Assembly: GCA_964016885.1 (NCBI GenBank)
Contig: OZ024743.1
Span: forward strand, 97,030,001 to 97,094,000
From: Eledone cirrhosa
Lineage: Eukaryota
Reading direction: 5' to 3'
DNA length: 64,000 nt
Every line of letters begins with the position of its first letter. Position 1 is the stretch's first letter. The translations under genes and the position numbers were made by a program. The notes beneath the pieces are model-generated. The model did not search any database, was not told the origin of the DNA, and worked only from the letters and a program-made list of their open reading frames with translations. Of this stretch, positions 58,371 through 64,000 are shown piece by piece.

Positions 58371-58779
58371 CAATAATAATGATTTCATTTATTAGCCACA
58401 AGGGCCGACATGTAGGGGACAATACAAAGACAGGGACAGTGGGGCTTTACAATAAGGTCGAGTAAAAGTGCACAAAGGCAAGACTAATAATAATGATTTC
58501 ATTTATTGGCCACAAGGGCCGACATATAGGGGACAATACAAAAGACTGGGACAGTGGGTTTTACAGAAAAATCGAGTAAACAATATGAATCATAATAACA
58601 AAGTAACAATAACAAAGTAACAATAAAGTAACAAGACAATTACAACAAGAAAAAATTCCCCAATAGGGGGGATGACCACCTAGGGTTCGCTCAGGTACCC
58701 CACCAGTCCTGAACGACCCGACGCTTCGAGAGCACCCTGGAGGGGCACCCCTCTCCTCCTCAAATTTACCTACCTACGG

Positions 58780-61700
58780 CCGCATGACCAGAGTAGGCCC
58801 ACTCACACGGGCCATTCTCGCCACATTCACCCACCTTTCAGCAAATGTACTGGGGGGGGGGGGGGGAGCACTTCTCTCTCCACCCTCACCTTCCTTTCCA
58901 AGTGAAACTTGAAAAAGTTGATGAGGGATTGGCCGAAGAGAATAGTGTCTGTCTTAAGTCCTTTCAACCTTGTTCACCATACAACCTCTTTCGCTACTGC
59001 CACCAGACAGAGGAAAATTGCCTGCCCTTCCTGGCCAAAAGAAGGCGGCGGGTCGATCTTCACTATGGACTCGGCCGATAGCCGGATCCGTTCTACACGC
59101 GACAACAGCTGTTCAACATAACTCCACAAGTCAGTAATGCACGGACACTGGACGAGTGCGCACATCTCGGGCAGGTCCGTCTGACAGCACTTCCGTGCCT
59201 GTAGAGTTTATCTCGAACCGGCAGTGCCCCCCGGTAGCACTGCCAAGCGAGGGATTTTTGGAAATTATCCATCGTCCCCGGCTCGAAAGTCCTCCGGTAC
59301 AGACTGGTTAGTTCGACTTCGTTGACTCCCAGAGCCTCTCCGAGTGCGTCGTCGCACTTGCCCACCACTAATCCTCTATAGAACTCGAGAGTGGAAGTTA
59401 CACTGACCGCATTGCCCGCCTGGTAGAGGGCAGTGAGTGCCTGGCAACATTCCAGATGCCAGTCACCCAGTCTCGGTCTCTTCTTGACCCAGGACTGCAG
59501 CTCAGTCAAAGAAACGAGCTGCGGAAAGGCCCGTCTAACAAACGGCGACCACACTTGTTCACTGTTTAGGCAGAATATCTGAAGATGCCGCAGCCTCAGC
59601 GCGTGCCTGCGCATCATTAACCACGGCATGCCCAGCCCTCCACGTAGACGGTGCTGGCAGCAGATGGACTGCCTCACCAGCGGAACCTGACCCCTCCACA
59701 AGAATTTGAAGAGGAGCCGCTCCAAGATGGCGAGGTGCGAACGGGGGCAAGGGACGACGGTCAGACGGTAGTAGTTGACGGACGCGATGTACACGTTCGC
59801 CACCTCCGCCCGACCTTTCAGTGATAGCTTCATCCCAGCCCATTTCTGAGTGAAACTGGCTACCCTGCCCGTCACCTCGTCCCAATTCTTATCCACCTGG
59901 AGGTCTGGCCCGAACCAAACCCCTAGCATCTTTACCGGTCCGTCCGTCCAGCGCCTAACGACGCTGTTGGACGGCATGGACTTGCCTCTCCAGGTGCCGA
60001 GTTGCAAGCCCACCGACTTTTCCGGGCTAAGTTTAGCTCCCGTCAACCTTTCATATTCCTCCAATAAGCTGCCGACCACCTCGATTTCTGAGGTGTCCGA
60101 CACCATCACGGTGATGTCGTCCGCACAAGCCGACACAGCCTTTCCGCGTCCCTGTTCGAGCGGGATGCCCTGCAACAGCTCCAGCTTCCGCAGTAAAGGC
60201 TCGAGAGTCAATACGTACAGAAGGGAGGAGAGAGGGCACCCTCGACGGACCAATCGGGAGACCTGAAACGGTTCCGAGAGGTGGCCATTAATTTTGACCA
60301 TCGAGCAGGTGCCGCTGTGCATTGCAGTGATCCAGCTTCTGAAGACGGGGCCGAAGCCAGCCGCCTTGAGGACAGCCTCCAGGTACCGATGGTCGACCCT
60401 ATCGAATGCTTTCGATTGATCTAAATTGATCAGCGCCCCACCGAAGCCAGGTTTACACCCTACCCTCTCTATGATGTATCGCATTAGGTGGAGGTTGTCG
60501 TGTATGGACCCAGTTGGGATTGCGCAAGTTTGCGCCTCCCCAACCAAATCCCCGACGACAAGCGCCAACCTCTTCGCTAACACCCTGGCCAAAATCTTAA
60601 ACTCTGTGTTGAGCAGAGTTATGGGCCTGAAATTGTCTAATGTGTCCCTCTTGTTCTCGTCTTTCCTTATCAGCGTCACTACGCCCCGGCTCACAGAACT
60701 GAGAATACTCCTGTTTTGCTGCCAGTTGCAGTAGAGGGCTTCGAGGAGATTGGAGAACAAGTCTGGCATATTTACGTAAAGCTCGTATGGCAGTATCTGA
60801 CCCGCCACTTCCCCCGAACAACCGAGCAAAATGTTGGCGATAGGCCTCACACATCCTCTTGGAATCGCTCAGCTCGTGCCCGTCTCGGTCCGTCAAAGAC
60901 CGAATCGTGGTTTTATTACCACGCTGCGCCTCTGCCACGCGGGCCCATCGAACAGCTTTGGTTCCCTCGTTTCTAAGAGCACGCGCCTTAGCTCTGACAA
61001 TGCAACCTTCGTGTTTCGCATTGAAGAAATGGTCTAATGCCATTCTCGCCGCTAGCACGTCAGTTGCAATGCCACTACCAATAGCCTCGTCTAACTTATC
61101 TACCAACTCCCCCCTCCTTTCTATTTTTCTCTAACGCTACTTCTTTGCTAAACTCTATCGACATTACTCCAATTTCTCTTTTGAGAGCCCCCCCACCATC
61201 TATTGTTGACGACATGCCCTGTCAACTTTTTCTTAACTAAATTGTTGACCTGGTCCCTGTAAGCCTTACGTGCCGGAAATGACACGTTTAGCATCTAGTA
61301 ACCAGGTCCTAACCTACGCGTCTTATCTAGGTCGACTATACAGATCACAAACTTGTGATCTGAATAAGCGACCGTTTCAAAACATGGACAGCTTACACTA
61401 TTTCTGTCTATTTTCCTAATGAATATCCTGTCTATATACGATCTAGATGATCCTATGCGGTTAACCCAGGTCCACACTAGCGCATTAGGGAAATCTAGTC
61501 GGTACCTGTCAGACAGTTGGAACTGGCTGATCAGGTTCTTGAGGCTTTTGCACCCCCCGCTCCTATCGGATACTCTCACACAGTCCCAGCGTGCGTATAA
61601 GATGCCGTTCCAGTCCCCCGCTAACAATAAAGGGCGAGACGTACCCAGAAAGGCTTCCAGGCGTCTAAAGAAGTCCGGCCGTCCTGCCCCAGTAGGAGCA

Positions 61701-62036
61701 TAGACGGCCACCAGTCTAAAGGCACCACCTTCGTTATTGTTCACGTCCAGGACCACCAACTTCCCGTCCGGGTCCCGGAAGATCGACCTTACCTCGAGAT
61801 CCAGGCCTTTCCTAAACAGCACTGCCACCCCGCCTCCCATTCCCGGCCGGCTAACAGATGCAAAGATCTGATAGTCGTCGAAAATGGGGGATAGTGCGCG
61901 CGTGTCGGAAATCCTGGTCCCGCTGACTACAATTACAACCATTTCTATAGACCTGAGGTCGTTGAGCAGGTGACACCTGTTTCCAGGACGATCCCAGGCC
62001 TCGAACATTTAAACATCCTACTCTTAATACGGCCAC
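58780..62036 (-). pseudogene. ORF2 (APE endonuclease, reverse transcriptase, zinc-binding domain) of the Tx1-like LINE, disrupted
   Basis: ORF-track pieces 61851-62036, 61295-62008, 60597-61106, 59093-60850 and 58974-59165 are in different frames. Confidence 0.88.
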
Positions 62037-62039
62037 GTT

Positions 62040-63992
62040 GGCAGGTTAAACAGAGAGAGAGAAAGGTTTCCTTATCTTCCGGGCTCTTGTGAAGGTCGGG
62101 TTGTTCGACCTCCATAGTTGGTGGAGTTTCTTTTGGGAACCCCTTTTAAAGTCTTGAAGTGAGTTTTACGTTCGGGGTTCCCACGTCCCGAGGAAAGCTG
62201 TCTCGTATTTCTTTGAATATGCCGAGCGACATTCGCACCAGAACCAAATCTTCCAGCACGCGAAATGTGCTCGATTTAAACATTTCCCCCTCTTTTTGTA
62301 TATTTTCACTTCGTGCTACGAGGGCCATCAGTTCCTTGTTGGCCCTCCTGACGAGCACGAAGTTTTGTATGTTTTGTTGGTGTGATTTTATTAGTTTGCA
62401 TGGCTGTGGTGGTGATGGTTTTGGTGGTGTTTCGGTTCTATCTGTGTTTGTTGTGAGTGCGGTGTCTATGGTTTCAGATGTTTTTGTGTATATTTGTTCT
62501 TGCGTCTGTTTCGGTTGTTTGCGTTTGGGGGATTCTGGTGATGGTGATGGTGGTGTTGATGTTGGTGTTATTAGAGAGATGTTTGCGTGGGTGGTGTCTG
62601 CGTTTTTTATTGTGGGTGCTTTTGTGCTTTGTTGAGTTTTCTTTTTCTTTTTGTGTTTCCTTTTTTGTATTTTGGGAGATTTTGGTTTCCCCTCATCTTC
62701 ACTACTGGTAGATGAGGGGTCTGTGTCTGTAAGTGTGTCTGTATGTATGTTTATGGTTTTATTGGTGTGTGTATTTTTTTTTGGGGGGGGGGGGAATTTG
62801 ACAGCTTTCCTCGTTTCCTCCCTGGGTGGTCAATTTTGGTGGTGGTCTTTCTATTGGTGTTGTTGTTGGTGGTTTTGCCGGTGCTGGTGTTGGTTGTGGT
62901 CCTCGCCCCGGCGTCGGCAGCAGTGGAGCCTTTCTACCCCTTGCCTCTTTCAGCAGTTGAGGGCAGAAGGCTCGCAAATGGGTTTTTTCCCCACAAACAA
63001 AACAATGCGGCCTTTTGCCTTCGGTCATAATGTGAATGACCGTCCCATTCTGAAGGCGGATGTGGTCCGGGATTGTCTTCACATTCTCGGGCCTGAACTG
63101 GAGAAGGGGATCTCCAGGTCAACCCCGGACCAGTCCTCTCTGGCCGTTCTGATCACTTCTATAGGGACGGTATCCGTCCCCTCCACAATCACACATCCCA
63201 GAAGCCACCACATGTCAAGTCCCGGTGGGATTCTGGGAATGCGGAGACGGGCCGTTCCTTTTCCAATGTGGGAGGGGTATATTATGACCTTGCTGGTTTT
63301 GCAAGGAGTCATAGCGTGTTTCATAGCGAGGGCTTCTGACTTGAACAACACCGAAATGGTGCCGTACTGTCTGCTCCTCTCTATGTACTGGGTGTCTTCT
63401 CTGATGCACCTCAGCGCGACTTCGACATCTTCTTGTGGGATTAAAGCTGCCCTTTTGGTTTGTGCTGAGATGCATCTATAATGCACCGTTCTGCGCTCCA
63501 CTGCCTCAATAGCTTCTACCGGGACAGTTAAGTTGGCCCAGGTTTGTTCTTGCTTGATGAGCTTCCATGCCTGGGCCAACTTTTCATCTTTGTTTGAGAG
63601 ATCCATGTTGAAGCATGGCCTCTTTTTTGCTGCTGCCGCAGCGAATGTGTTCTTCTTGTTTTCGTTGGGGGTGTTGTTGTCTTTGTTCTTGTTGGTGTTG
63701 TTGTTAGCACTGTCGCTGTAATCATTGTTGTCTTTGTTGCCACGGTTGTTCTCGGTGCAGTTGGTATTGTTGCTGTTGGTGTTGTCGCTATTTGTTTTCA
63801 TGTTAGTGGTGTTGATATTGTTGTTGCATTTGTTATTTTTTTTTTTTTGTTATCTGTATTTTCGTTGTCGCTGTTACTGTCATTTTTTTCAAAATTAGAG
63901 TTCTCATTGGTATCATTGGTGTCTTTGTTTACATCGTTTGTGGTGGTGTTTGTGTTATCAATGTGTGTTAATTTCGCTGTAGCGCTCCTCAC
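62040..63992 (-). pseudogene. ORF1 (gag-like, zinc knuckle, N/T/D-rich N-terminus) of the Tx1-like LINE, disrupted
   Basis: Pieces 63798-63992, 63079-63801, 62759-63082 (CCHC) and 62146-62358. Confidence 0.75.
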
Positions 63993-64000
63993 GACAGCAG

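Larger units (their letters stand above)
58372..64000 (-). mobile_element. Tx1/L1-clade non-LTR retrotransposon, nearly full length (5' end beyond window), frameshifted
   Basis: ORF1 has the CCHC knuckle CFVCGEKTHLRAFC. ORF2 has EN (LNVRGL, VYAP, GDWN, SYIDRIF, SDH), RT (FRPITLLNTEFKILA, LDQSKAFDRVDH, RGCPLS, CADD) and C-terminal CPRC. The 3' UTR ends AATAAATGAAATC(ATT)n, with its last about 115 bp duplicated. Confidence 0.92.

Noticed and set aside
62651-63481. 276-aa plus-strand ORF
   Set aside because: It is the antisense shadow of the Tx1-like ORF1.

Overview
AT-rich, microsatellite-saturated eukaryotic DNA. The SINE and LINE content points to a cephalopod, probably an octopod (inference). 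I find no intact host gene, only a class A GPCR pseudogene fragment at about 24.1-24.6 kb. Almost all long ORFs in the track are (TA)n/(CA)n/(ACC)n artefacts. Recognisable elements are a 47-bp satellite (1-3168), two tRNA-like SINE families, RTE, CRE-like and CR1 LINE fragments, and a nearly complete Tx1/L1-clade LINE (58.4-64 kb). The dominant hidden signal is a large set of Penelope-like element (PLE) derivatives inserted in (TA)n tracts. They carry GIY-YIG endonuclease remnants, roughly 25 minimal type-I hammerhead ribozyme (HHR) motifs and head-to-head fold-back architecture. The standout is a 591-bp non-coding unit present as four near-identical tandem copies plus two inverted copies (37.8-41.4 kb). 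Each copy has a U3-A8 variant hammerhead, and the inverted arm starts about 7 nt after the predicted cleavage site, making it a candidate large retrozyme or circular-RNA-derived element. All folds were read by eye; no searches were run.
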